A DNA stretch of 64,000 bases, from contig JANQJC010000006.1 in the NCBI GenBank assembly GCA_028281825.1, positions 10,076-74,075 of the forward strand, written 5' to 3'. Under the pieces are notes generated by a model. The model was given only the letters and a program-made list of their open reading frames with translations. It made no database searches and was not told where the DNA came from. Shown one piece after another: positions 19,849-28,638 of this stretch. This DNA is from Flavobacteriales bacterium (GTDB taxonomy: Bacteria > Bacteroidota > Bacteroidia > JANQJC01). Every line of letters begins with the position of its first letter. Position 1 is the first letter of the stretch. A program made the position numbers and the translations under genes.

Positions 19849-20550
19849 TTAGAGAGTGTTCATCCTTGAAAGAAATTCCTCCTTTTTAGAGCGGCTTATT
19901 GGAAGATTTTTCCCATTCAGGGCAACGTTATTGTCCTCAATCTCCTTGATTTGGTCTAACCTTACTATAAATGAACGATGGATACGCATAAACTGGTTTT
20001 CTGGCAGTTTAGACTCTATCGCCTTCATGGTAGAGAGCACCGTATGCCTATCTTTTGGGGTGTAAATATTCACATAGTCAGCTAGCGCTTCCACCCAATG
20101 GATATCTTTAAAATCAACTCTCACTAACCTCGAATCTTTTTTGATAAAAATATGGTCAGCACCTTCCCGCTGTATATTCTCATTAATTTCTTTTGCCTTC
20201 TCAGCTGCCCTTAAAAAGCGGGCATAATCAACTGGCTTTACGATATAGTCCGTTACGTCATAATCAAATGCCTCGGCTGCATAATCAGTCTTAGAAGAAA
20301 TGAAGACAATCTGTGGTATCTCTTTAAAATTACGAATCAAGTCTAAGCCACTCATCTCAGGCATCTCAATGTCCAAAAAGATAACATCAACCGAATGGGT
20401 CTCTAATAGCTTTTTAGCTTCAATGGCACTTTCACACACGCCTACCACGTTCAAAAAACCTGTACGCTCGGCGCACTTCTCGGCCACTTTCCGCGAAAGC
20501 TCTTCATCGTCTACAATAATGCAATTCATACGGCTCATAGGTTGATTCAA
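19849..20550 (-). CDS. LytTR-family two-component response regulator (REC + LytTR DNA-binding)
   Basis: REC (IIVDDEELSRK...VIFLDIEMPEMSGLDL). LytTR domain (VRVDFKDIHWVEALADYVNIYTPKDRHTVLSTMKAIESKLPENQFMRIHRSFIV). Confidence 0.85.
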   Translation of the reverse strand: MNQPMSRMNCIIVDDEELSRKVAEKCAERTGFLNVVGVCESAIEAKKLLETHSVDVIFLDIEMPEMSGLDLIRNFKEIPQIVFISSKTDYAAEAFDYDVTDYIVKPVDYARFLRAAEKAKEINENIQREGADHIFIKKDSRLVRVDFKDIHWVEALADYVNIYTPKDRHTVLSTMKAIESKLPENQFMRIHRSFIVRLDQIKEIEDNNVALNGKNLPISRSKKEEFLSRMNTL

Positions 20551-20683
20551 TTATAAAAGTATTTAATTAAAATTGAAAAGTCAACTTATTGTTATATTAC
20601 GCCCCTATTCACTTGAATAAAAACTCATGCTGATATTTCAATACAGTATGATACATCGCTTTGGGCCAATTACATAATTACAC

Positions 20684-21454
20684 ATGGGTAGAATACACTT
20701 TTTTGAATTAGAAGATCAGGAATGGTTCCCCGCAACATGGCGAAATTACGGCACTGACTACCTGCAATTCATCTCAAATACAGCCAAAATGTACAAGTCA
20801 GTTGTCCCAATCATTCAAAAAGGGTTAGACGCTGCCGGCAACAACCAAATTATAGACCTGGCTAGTGGTGGTGGTGGCGGGCTATTATGGCTCAATGCTG
20901 AACTTCTCAAAACCAACCCTGACCTAAAAATCCTGTTGACGGATTACTTCCCCAATATCACCGCTTTTGAGCGGACAAAAAAAGTGGCTGGCAACTTTGA
21001 CTACATCTCCTCACCAGTGGATGCGCGGGATGTACCGCCTAACTTGAAAGGACTAAGAACCCAATTCCTCTCCTTCCATCATTTCAAACCCAGGGATGCC
21101 AGGCTTATCCTGCAAAATGCAATTGATACCAAAATCCCCATCGCCATCTTTGAAGTAACCGAGAGAAGTATACCCAGCCTTATCTCAGCCATTTTTTCAC
21201 CGATTGCGGTATTGCTGCTCACCCCTTTTATCAGGCCATTCAGTATTGGCAGGTTATTCTTTACCTACCTTATACCCATTATCCCACTATTCGTAATGTT
21301 TGATGGCATCGTCTCCTGCCTGAGAACCTATTCCGTAAAAGAAATGAATGACATAATTGATAGACTTGAAAATAAAGACAGCTTTACCTGGGACATTGGC
21401 AAAGCCAAAACTGGCCCTGCAGCTGTATCTTATTTGTTGGGAGTTCCTAAGTAA
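20684..21454 (+). CDS. Hypothetical protein, class I SAM-methyltransferase-like N-terminus with hydrophobic C-terminal segments
   Basis: IIDLASGGGGGLLWL resembles methyltransferase motif I. C-terminal third is hydrophobic (PIAVLLLTPFIRPFSIGRLFFTYLIPIIPLFVMF). Confidence 0.3.
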   Translation: MGRIHFFELEDQEWFPATWRNYGTDYLQFISNTAKMYKSVVPIIQKGLDAAGNNQIIDLASGGGGGLLWLNAELLKTNPDLKILLTDYFPNITAFERTKKVAGNFDYISSPVDARDVPPNLKGLRTQFLSFHHFKPRDARLILQNAIDTKIPIAIFEVTERSIPSLISAIFSPIAVLLLTPFIRPFSIGRLFFTYLIPIIPLFVMFDGIVSCLRTYSVKEMNDIIDRLENKDSFTWDIGKAKTGPAAVSYLLGVPK

Positions 21455-22012
21455 CTATACTCTCAGACTCCCCCTAAACCCCCTTGCAGCGTAGTAAGAC
21501 TCCGCACCATTATGGTAGACAAAAACAGTGCCAAAGCGGTAATCACCAAATATAGCACCGCCCAGTTCCCTGATGTTTTCTGGTGTCTTTAACCAACTTG
21601 AAGTTTTTGAGTCAAAATTCCCAAGTTGTTGTAACCCCCTATACTGTTCTTCATCTAGCATTTCTATACCCATAGCAGCCGCAACATTTGCAGCACTATC
21701 TTTCGGCTTATGCTGCTTCCTCGCCTCCAACGCATCCTGGTCGTAGCATAGGCTTCTCCTACCCTTCGGGCTCTCTGCCGAGCAATCACAGAATACATAT
21801 TCCCCAGTAGGAGGTACATAACCCACCACGTCTGGCTCACCCTCTGTATCCTCCATTTCATTTAATGACCACAGTTTATCAGGACTGGCTTCCAGCTTAG
21901 CTTGTACCTTAGCCCACTCCAAACCCTCATGGCGATTCATATTACTCTCAAAACGTTCTTGCAAGGTTTTGAGTAGCTCCTGTGTTTCTTCTAAGGGTAA
22001 TCTTTTACTCAT
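21455..22012 (-). CDS. Conserved hypothetical protein (DUF4256-like)
   Basis: 185-aa ORF. The family assignment is from memory of Bacteroidota DUF4256 proteins and is not certain. Confidence 0.35.
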   Translation of the reverse strand: MSKRLPLEETQELLKTLQERFESNMNRHEGLEWAKVQAKLEASPDKLWSLNEMEDTEGEPDVVGYVPPTGEYVFCDCSAESPKGRRSLCYDQDALEARKQHKPKDSAANVAAAMGIEMLDEEQYRGLQQLGNFDSKTSSWLKTPENIRELGGAIFGDYRFGTVFVYHNGAESYYAARGFRGSLRV

Positions 22013-22045
22013 GCTTATTAGATTTCAATACCAAAATAAATAAAA

Positions 22046-22079
22046 AAGCGAGAGAAGCGTTCTTCACGCTCACTCTCGC
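22046..22079 (-). terminator. Hairpin downstream of the tRNA
   Basis: GCGAGAGAAGCG-ttcttca-CGCTCACTCTCGC is an imperfect inverted repeat directly 3' of the tRNA on the minus strand. Confidence 0.4.
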
Positions 22080-22087
22080 TCTATTTG

Positions 22088-22164
22088 TGGTGGGCCCACC
22101 TGGACTTGAACCAGGGACCACTTGATTATGAGTCAAGTGCTCTAACCAACTGAGCTATAGGCCC
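22088..22164 (-). tRNA. tRNA with CAT anticodon (tRNA-Met elongator or tRNA-Ile2/lysidine), CCA encoded
   Basis: Reverse complement GGGCCTATAGCTCAGTTGGTTAGAGCACTTGACTCATAATCAAGTGGTCCCTGGTTCAAGTCCAGGTGGGCCCACCA folds as a cloverleaf. Anticodon loop is CTCATAA. Confidence 0.85.
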
Positions 22165-22250
22165 TAAAACGCTAATTTAATGAAAGTATAAACTACTCCT
22201 GAAAAAAGCGGAGTGCAAAAGTATATATTTGCCGCATATAAAGCAACACC

Positions 22251-22883
22251 GTGGCAGCAAAGAACATCAAAAACATCATTTTCGACCTTGGAGGCGTTAT
22301 CCTTAATATCGATTACGACCTCACTATAAAAGCCTTCACCGCCCTTGGAATACACGATTTTAAAGCCCTTTACTCCCAGGCTGGGCAAAACCACCTATTC
22401 GATAGGCTGGACAAAGGCCATGTGGATACACAAGGCTTCATTGATGAGATTCAAGAACTTACAGGTGAACATATCACCAAAGATGACATCCTCAATGCTT
22501 GGAATGCCATGCTTCTGGAGCTACCCAAAGAAAGGGTGGAGTTACTGGAGAAACTAAAAGAAGATTATCGCCTGTTTCTGCTAAGCAACACTAATGAGAT
22601 ACATATTCCTGTGTATAATGACATACTGGAAGACTCACACGGTTTCAGGGATTTAGCCCATATCTTCGAGAAGCAGTATTACTCTTTCGAAATCGGCATG
22701 CGAAAACCCGATGTGGAAATCTATGAGCATGTTTTGGAAGAAAACGGACTAAAGGCGGAAGAAACCCTCTTTATCGACGACTCAAAACAACATTTGGAAG
22801 GTGCGGCCAAAGCTGGTTTGCGTACCTATTGGTTAAAGCCTGGCGAGACGATTTTGGATGTGTTTCCCGTGATACTTTACTAA
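22251..22883 (+). CDS. HAD-family hydrolase (subfamily IA)
   Basis: Motif I IIFDLGGVIL. Motif II LSNTN. Motif III/IV FIDDSKQHLEGAAKAG. Confidence 0.75.
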   Translation: MAAKNIKNIIFDLGGVILNIDYDLTIKAFTALGIHDFKALYSQAGQNHLFDRLDKGHVDTQGFIDEIQELTGEHITKDDILNAWNAMLLELPKERVELLEKLKEDYRLFLLSNTNEIHIPVYNDILEDSHGFRDLAHIFEKQYYSFEIGMRKPDVEIYEHVLEENGLKAEETLFIDDSKQHLEGAAKAGLRTYWLKPGETILDVFPVILY

Positions 22884-23100
22884 AGACTTCCCATCCATTT
22901 TCCATACCTTTCAGTCACGAACGCACCTCAATGGATGTTCGCCTTACTACCGAGACTTTCTGCTTGGTACAAGAAACTGGCCGTCCACACTGGTTTCCTT
23001 TGAGGGAAACCAGTCTCACCAAATTATTGGACTTCCCCCAGGGAAAAGGTGTAATCCATTACACGTCTATGGCGGAGAAGCAATCTCAAACTAAAAACCC

Positions 23101-23508
23101 TCAGGGGGTGTAGTCTTGGCACAACTCTACCAGCACCCCGTTCGCACTCTTAGGGTGAACAAAACAGATGAGCTTATTATCCGCCCCACGCTTAGGTTTT
23201 TCATTCAATAGGGTAAAGCCTTCTTCCCTCAATCGTTGCATTTCAGTTTTTATGTCTTCCACGGCAAAAGCAATGTGGTGTATTCCCTCACCTTTCTTCT
23301 CAATAAACTTGGCAATAGCACTTTCAGGCTTAGTAGCTTCCAGCAGTTCCACCTTGCTCTCCCCTGTCTGAAAAAAGGAGGTAGTAACCCCCTCGCTCTC
23401 CACAGTCTCTTGCTTGTAAGGCGCTACACCCAACAGTTGTGTATATAGCTTGTTGGCTTTCGCAATGTCCTTCACCGCAATACCAATATGTTCTATTTTC
23501 TGCACCAT
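23101..23508 (-). CDS. VOC-family protein, methylmalonyl-CoA epimerase-like
   Basis: MVQKIEHIGIAVKDIAKANKLYTQLLGV...GIHHIAFAVEDI shows paired glyoxalase/VOC modules. Start chosen at MVQK. Confidence 0.65.
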   Translation of the reverse strand: MVQKIEHIGIAVKDIAKANKLYTQLLGVAPYKQETVESEGVTTSFFQTGESKVELLEATKPESAIAKFIEKKGEGIHHIAFAVEDIKTEMQRLREEGFTLLNEKPKRGADNKLICFVHPKSANGVLVELCQDYTP

Positions 23509-23576
23509 AATCTGAGATATTAAAAAAGCCAACCCCATGATTGAGATTGGCTTTCAAATTTGTCAAAATTATCTTT

Positions 23577-24374
23577 TTATTTCTTGAAAGAAGCGAATTT
23601 ATTATCAAAGTTCACCCAATAGGTGCCCTTATCTAGATTAGCCACGCTCACATCCTTCGCTATACCCTTATCTACTATCACACCATATTCATTGTATATC
23701 TCGTACATGGTTTTGTCAGTAAAACCAATCTTATCACCAGCCTTTTTGCCATCGCCTGGGTTGCTAAACTGCACTTCAGCAATTGGTGACCTAAACTTGG
23801 TGTCAAACGAGTAACGTGGCTTACCAGTAGCATCTACTTGCTTTAACCTAAACCTGTTCTCACCTGAGTGGATAGTTGGTATCTGATAGTCATACTCATT
23901 CTTTTCTGGTGAGCCTTTACCTTCTATAGTACCTATATCCACCCACTTGTTCCAGCGGAACTGCTGAACAGTGTACGGCAATGAACCTGTTTCATTCTTG
24001 GTTACTACGTACAGGCTACCGTCTTTATTCACTTTCATCGCGTCAATCTCAAAAGTACTCATCGCTGAAAGCACCTCGCCATTCACCACCTTAGGCTTGC
24101 AATCATCCTTGTGCTTTATCTTCACTTCTACTTTCGAACCTATCGCTAGCTGGAAATAAGAAAAATCAATCTCATAAGCACTCGAATTGATTTCGTCTGT
24201 AGTAGTCTCTCCGTTTATCTGAACTTCGATTGTACAATAACCAACGCCTGAAGAAGCAAATGGATTTTGTACATATAAGTTTTTACCGTGATAAGTACCT
24301 TCAAGCACAATAACACCTGCAAAAGAGCTTACAGATACCATTAATGCGATTGCCGCTAAGAAAATTCTTTTCAT
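23577..24374 (-). CDS. Hypothetical secreted protein
   Basis: Signal peptide MKRIFLAAIALMVSVSSFAG. Beta-rich, no catalytic motifs. Confidence 0.4.
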   Translation of the reverse strand: MKRIFLAAIALMVSVSSFAGVIVLEGTYHGKNLYVQNPFASSGVGYCTIEVQINGETTTDEINSSAYEIDFSYFQLAIGSKVEVKIKHKDDCKPKVVNGEVLSAMSTFEIDAMKVNKDGSLYVVTKNETGSLPYTVQQFRWNKWVDIGTIEGKGSPEKNEYDYQIPTIHSGENRFRLKQVDATGKPRYSFDTKFRSPIAEVQFSNPGDGKKAGDKIGFTDKTMYEIYNEYGVIVDKGIAKDVSVANLDKGTYWVNFDNKFASFKK

Positions 24375-24560
24375 TTTTTCGATAGGTGTTTAGCCGTTTT
24401 TATAAATGAATTCGTAAATATAATAACCTTCAGGGCACTAAGTACGTAAGTTTCGCCGAATGGTTATACTTTCTACAAAAATAATAAATAAACTTTGCAC
24501 CGTTGCACAAGATAAATTATCCTTGTATCTAAGTTCTCAAGCATAAATATAAATCAAATT

Positions 24561-25613
24561 ATGAAAAAACCAGCGATTATCAGTGGTATAGCAAGTTGCA
24601 TGATTTTTACCTTACTTGTTTTCAATGCCTGCCAACCTCCTGCACAAGAAGAAGCAGAGCAAGCCAGAGAGGCACAGGGCGGCATAGCTTTAGGTGGCAA
24701 TTTACAAGTAAATGAATCTCAAAAACCTGCATCTCTTTACCCTGCTTCCATCAATGATAGGCATTCTTCACACCTTGCCACTCAAATTTATGATGGCCTG
24801 CTGAAATACAATGCTGAGAACCTTGAATTAGCCCCTAACCTGGCTGCCAATTGGACGGTTGATGAAACGGAAACTGTTTACACCTTTGAGTTGAAAAAAG
24901 GAGTGATGTTTCATACTGATGAATGCTTTGGCAAAGAAGGCAAAGAGCTTACTGCCAGCGATGTGCAATACTCATTTGAGTTGCTATGCAAGGCCGGCGA
25001 TGACAACAAGAATTTTGAAGGTACCTTTAAAGGAAAAGTTAAAGGCGCTGAAGAATACAATGCTGGTTCCGCATCAGGCATAAGCGGTATTAAAGTAGTT
25101 GATGACTATACCGTTGAGATTAGCTTAGTAAAGGCAGATAAGTCTTTCCTTTACAACCTTGCCCATCCTGCAACGGCTATCTTGGCTAAAGAAGCGATAG
25201 ACAAATATGGAAAAGACGCCAAGATAGGCACCGGGCCATTTGCATATGGTGAAGAAGGTGGCAAGGTAGTATTGAGCAGAAACACAAAATACCACAGGAA
25301 CGATGCCTATGGCAATCAACTACCATACTTGGATAAAGTAACTGTTTCTTTTGAGCCTAATAAAGATGCCGAACTGGAAGCTTTCTTCAATGGTTCGCAG
25401 GATATCGTTACTGGATTAAACCTTGACCCGGTAAAAACTATCATGGAAGAACGCATCAATGATTTCGAAGGCAATAATGCTAAATATGTATTAGTGAATG
25501 CCTCCGAAATAGCTGGCTACGACTCCTACACACTATACCGGAAAAGTGTAAAAGGCTTCTCAGACAACTTCATGAACTACCACGATTATTCAGTAGTGCA
25601 AAAAGCCGAATAA
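24561..25613 (+). CDS. Lipoprotein resembling the N-terminal lobe of ABC transporter substrate-binding protein family 5 (Dpp/Opp-like); apparently C-terminally truncated
   Basis: Lipobox ...LLVFNAC. ASLYPASINDRHSSHLATQIYDGLLKYNAENLELAPNLAANWTVDETETVYTFELKKGVMFH matches the SBP_bac_5 N-terminal signature. ORF is only 350 aa versus ~550 aa typical. Confidence 0.5.
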   Translation: MKKPAIISGIASCMIFTLLVFNACQPPAQEEAEQAREAQGGIALGGNLQVNESQKPASLYPASINDRHSSHLATQIYDGLLKYNAENLELAPNLAANWTVDETETVYTFELKKGVMFHTDECFGKEGKELTASDVQYSFELLCKAGDDNKNFEGTFKGKVKGAEEYNAGSASGISGIKVVDDYTVEISLVKADKSFLYNLAHPATAILAKEAIDKYGKDAKIGTGPFAYGEEGGKVVLSRNTKYHRNDAYGNQLPYLDKVTVSFEPNKDAELEAFFNGSQDIVTGLNLDPVKTIMEERINDFEGNNAKYVLVNASEIAGYDSYTLYRKSVKGFSDNFMNYHDYSVVQKAE

Positions 25614-25626
25614 GAGGACTATAACT

Positions 25627-26553
25627 ATGTATACTAAAAGGAGGCTATTAGCCTCCTTTTTTGTTTCCCTAATTCCGATTTATACTATCTTCACACTATC
25701 TAACCGCAATTCGACCGAAATGAAACACGAAGAACTAAGCTGGAAAAGCTCTGATAAGCTAAATATATTTGGGCAATACTGGGCTCCTAATGGCACTCCT
25801 GATGCCGTGATTTGCCTGATACATGGCATGGGTGAACACTCTGGCCGTTACGCTCATGTTGCCGACTTTTTCGTTAGCAAAAATATCGCAGTAATATCTT
25901 ATGACCATCGCGGCCATGGCAAGTCAGATGGTAAAAGAGGGCATACACCAAGTTACGACCTTTTACTCGACGGCGTATCAGACTTGATGGAACAAGCGAA
26001 TAAGGTATTTCCAGGTGCACCGCAATTCCTTTATGGACACAGCATGGGAGGTAACGTTGTAGCCAACTATGTGATAAGAAGAAAGCCTAATGTGAAAGGT
26101 GCTATCCTTTCAGGGCCATACCTTCGCCTGGCATTTGACCCACCGGCATTTAAAGTGGCATTGGGTAAATTCGCGGCAAGTTTGTTTCCAGGATTACAAC
26201 AGCCCACGGGCTTGGATGCAGCAGCAATATCACAGGAAAAGGCGGTTGTAGATACTTATATTAATGACCCATTGGTACATGATAAGATTACAGCTAGTTT
26301 CTTTGTAAATGTACATGGCGCTGGTGAGTGGGCCATGGAACACGCTGGTGAGCTAAACTTGCCCACTTTAATATTCCATGGCACTGGAGACAGGTTAACC
26401 TCACACAAGGCTTCTGAAGAGTTCGCACAAAGTGCCAATGGAAACACCACCCTAAAACTATGGGAGGGACTATATCACGAAACACATAACGAGGCTGAAA
26501 AGCAACAAGTGTTTGAGCACATCTATGGTTGGATTGAGCAACACCTGAAGTAG
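25627..26553 (+). CDS. Alpha/beta hydrolase (lysophospholipase/monoacylglycerol-lipase-like)
   Basis: LIHGMGEHSGRY oxyanion region. GHSMGG nucleophile elbow. True start may be the internal ATG near 25720. Confidence 0.75.
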   Translation: MYTKRRLLASFFVSLIPIYTIFTLSNRNSTEMKHEELSWKSSDKLNIFGQYWAPNGTPDAVICLIHGMGEHSGRYAHVADFFVSKNIAVISYDHRGHGKSDGKRGHTPSYDLLLDGVSDLMEQANKVFPGAPQFLYGHSMGGNVVANYVIRRKPNVKGAILSGPYLRLAFDPPAFKVALGKFAASLFPGLQQPTGLDAAAISQEKAVVDTYINDPLVHDKITASFFVNVHGAGEWAMEHAGELNLPTLIFHGTGDRLTSHKASEEFAQSANGNTTLKLWEGLYHETHNEAEKQQVFEHIYGWIEQHLK

Positions 26554-26580
26554 GTTTCAAGGCAAACCCCCAACAAAACA

Positions 26581-26610
26581 AAAAAGCCCGACCATATGGT
26601 CGGGCTTTTA
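26581..26610. terminator. Bidirectional rho-independent terminator
   Basis: AAAAAGCCCGACCATATGGTCGGGCTTTT is a perfect 8-bp GC-rich stem with A/T runs on both sides. Lies between convergent genes. Confidence 0.8.
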
Positions 26611-26629
26611 CTTAATAAAGTCTTTCTAA

Positions 26630-27094
26630 TTAATGACCGCCGTGAGCGTCATCATGGCCTTCATCATGCCCGTGGGCATCCTCATGAGTTGCAGCCCCAT
26701 GCTCATCACTGTGGTGCGCAGCATTAGATTGTGGGTGTTGAACCTCATAGCTTGGCCTTTTAGTCTTAACAAAAACTGCCTCCGCAAGAGAAATATAAAT
26801 CAAGTAACCAATCAATACGATAAATGGGAACAAGATAGTCGCCCGCACATTCTTCTTCTCATCGCCAAGGTGCATGAATACATAAACGATGTACCCGGCC
26901 TTGATAAGCGTTAGTACAATGAAAGAAGTAGTTAAAAAGGTGCCTGGCTCCAACCAAAGACCCATACCAACCTCAAGTAAGGTAACAGCCGAAAGTAATG
27001 CCAAGACAAGGTATATCTTTTTCCTTACCTTTTTTCCATGCTCTTCGTCATGATGGGTATCTAGTGAGTATTCGTAAATATCGTCTCTTTGCAT
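26630..27094 (-). CDS. Cytochrome c oxidase subunit IV-family small membrane protein with His/Asp-rich C-terminal tail
   Basis: Two to three TM helices. Lies immediately downstream of coxIII in the same orientation. Tail is HPQSNAAHHSDEHGAATHEDAHGHDEGHDDAHGGH. Confidence 0.5.
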   Translation of the reverse strand: MQRDDIYEYSLDTHHDEEHGKKVRKKIYLVLALLSAVTLLEVGMGLWLEPGTFLTTSFIVLTLIKAGYIVYVFMHLGDEKKNVRATILFPFIVLIGYLIYISLAEAVFVKTKRPSYEVQHPQSNAAHHSDEHGAATHEDAHGHDEGHDDAHGGH

Positions 27095-27117
27095 GATATA
27101 TAGATATTAAGAGGGTA

Positions 27118-27900
27118 CTACAGTAGGTAAAAGAAGGTAAACACGAAAACCCAAACAAGATCTACAAAGTGCCAGTACAAACCTGTCTTCTCAACCATTT
27201 CGTAATGTCCGGTCTTCTCCATTTTACCTTGAAGAACCATGATAAAGATGATAATATTAATAACCACACCACTAAATACGTGGAAACCGTGGAAACCAGT
27301 AATTGTGAAAAAGAAATTGGCAAACAGTGGGTGTCCATATTCATTGTGATGCATATTGGCCCCTTGTATCAAGCCTTCTACCCATTCGCCATCGCCATTC
27401 ACATACCAACCAGTTGCACCTTCAGCCGTGCCGTGTATAAAATGATACCACTCCCAAGCCTGTGAGCCCAAGAAGATAAAACCACCAATAATCGTAAGGA
27501 ACATCCACAAGATAACCCCTTTCTTGTCCATCCTATGGCCGGCTTCCACAGCCAACACCATCGTCACCGAACTCGCGATAAGTATAAAGGTCATCAAAGC
27601 AACATAAGCCAACTCCACATGGCCATCATAAAACGGGAAGTGAGTAAATACGTCACCCGCCGCAGGCCATACATCAGAGTATTTGTGCCTCATAAAACCA
27701 TAAGCTGTCAATAGGCCAGAAAAGGTAAAGGCATCAGAAAGAAGGAAAAACCACATCATCATCTTTCCGTAGCTCATCTTGAATGGCGAAGTACCGCCAT
27801 CCCAAGGTTTTGCATTAGGATCGTTGTGTTGTGGGCTTACATGTTGTGCTACGTGACTGGACATTTCTCTTCTAAAATTTAATTCCGCAAAAATAGGCAA
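27118..27900 (-). CDS. Cytochrome c oxidase subunit III
   Basis: Seven-helix pattern. C-terminus ...GLYWHFVDLVWVFVFTFFYLL is the canonical Cox3 ending. Confidence 0.85.
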   Translation of the reverse strand: MPIFAELNFRREMSSHVAQHVSPQHNDPNAKPWDGGTSPFKMSYGKMMMWFFLLSDAFTFSGLLTAYGFMRHKYSDVWPAAGDVFTHFPFYDGHVELAYVALMTFILIASSVTMVLAVEAGHRMDKKGVILWMFLTIIGGFIFLGSQAWEWYHFIHGTAEGATGWYVNGDGEWVEGLIQGANMHHNEYGHPLFANFFFTITGFHGFHVFSGVVINIIIFIMVLQGKMEKTGHYEMVEKTGLYWHFVDLVWVFVFTFFYLL

Positions 27901-27919
27901 CTCACAAAACTGTGCAAGT

Positions 27920-28633
27920 TTATCTAATAAAAAGTAAAAACAAGAACAAATAAATCCATAATCCGCCTAAAAAATGCCAAAAAATAGCTGTTACTTCCAT
28001 TCCTAGCGTATTTCCAACACTATACCTGTCCGTAAACACCTTTATCAGGGCAATTAGTAAAAAAATCATGGCTATGGCAACGTGTGCCAAATGCGCCCCA
28101 GATAAAACGTACAAGAAAGAGGCAGATGTGTTAAAAGATTTATCAATTGCTTCGTTTAGTGGTTTCTCAAGGTCTCTGTCAGCCGCCAGATAGTAATTTC
28201 CATCCAAGTACTGCAAGCTTTCTTTCTTGTATTCAATAATGTAATCCTGACCGTAAACTCCTTTCAGATTCTCAATATTACCCACAAAAAACTTCCCTTG
28301 ATGCGTTAGCTCTTGCCACGACATGAATTGTGTAGCGCAAAAAACTACACCCAATACAAAAGTGAGCAATACACCCATCTTTGCAGCTCCAAAATTTCCC
28401 TTTTTGGCTGCTATTGTTGCCATTATCATCCCCAAACTACTCAGGATAATAATGGCAGTGCTATACCAAAACATTTCAGGCAAGTCTGACTTTACCCAAA
28501 AAGCATCGGCCTGGATAACCACATAACCACTGGTAAGTCCCGCGAAAAACATCACGATAGTTACGATACCTACCCACATCAATGGTTTTGATGTCCTTTG
28601 CCTTATCTCCTGCTTCTCCGCCGCCGTTACCAT
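27920..28633 (-). CDS. Cytochrome c oxidase subunit III-like (second Cox3-family membrane protein)
   Basis: Polytopic protein with C-terminus AIFWHFLGGLWIYLFLFLLF, which is Cox3-like. Paired with coxIII as in Bacteroidota oxidase operons. Confidence 0.6.
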   Translation of the reverse strand: MVTAAEKQEIRQRTSKPLMWVGIVTIVMFFAGLTSGYVVIQADAFWVKSDLPEMFWYSTAIIILSSLGMIMATIAAKKGNFGAAKMGVLLTFVLGVVFCATQFMSWQELTHQGKFFVGNIENLKGVYGQDYIIEYKKESLQYLDGNYYLAADRDLEKPLNEAIDKSFNTSASFLYVLSGAHLAHVAIAMIFLLIALIKVFTDRYSVGNTLGMEVTAIFWHFLGGLWIYLFLFLLFIR

Positions 28634-28638
28634 TCTAC

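Noticed and set aside
22829-23113. A 94-aa ORF between the HAD hydrolase and the epimerase gene.
   Set aside because: It overlaps the HAD gene's 3' end, has no recognisable features, and sits where convergent 3' UTRs are expected. It is probably spurious.
24375-24560. The direct repeat TTGCACcgTTGCAC upstream of the SBP-like lipoprotein gene.
   Set aside because: It is a single short repeat, could be chance or a minor operator, and is not enough evidence to call a site.
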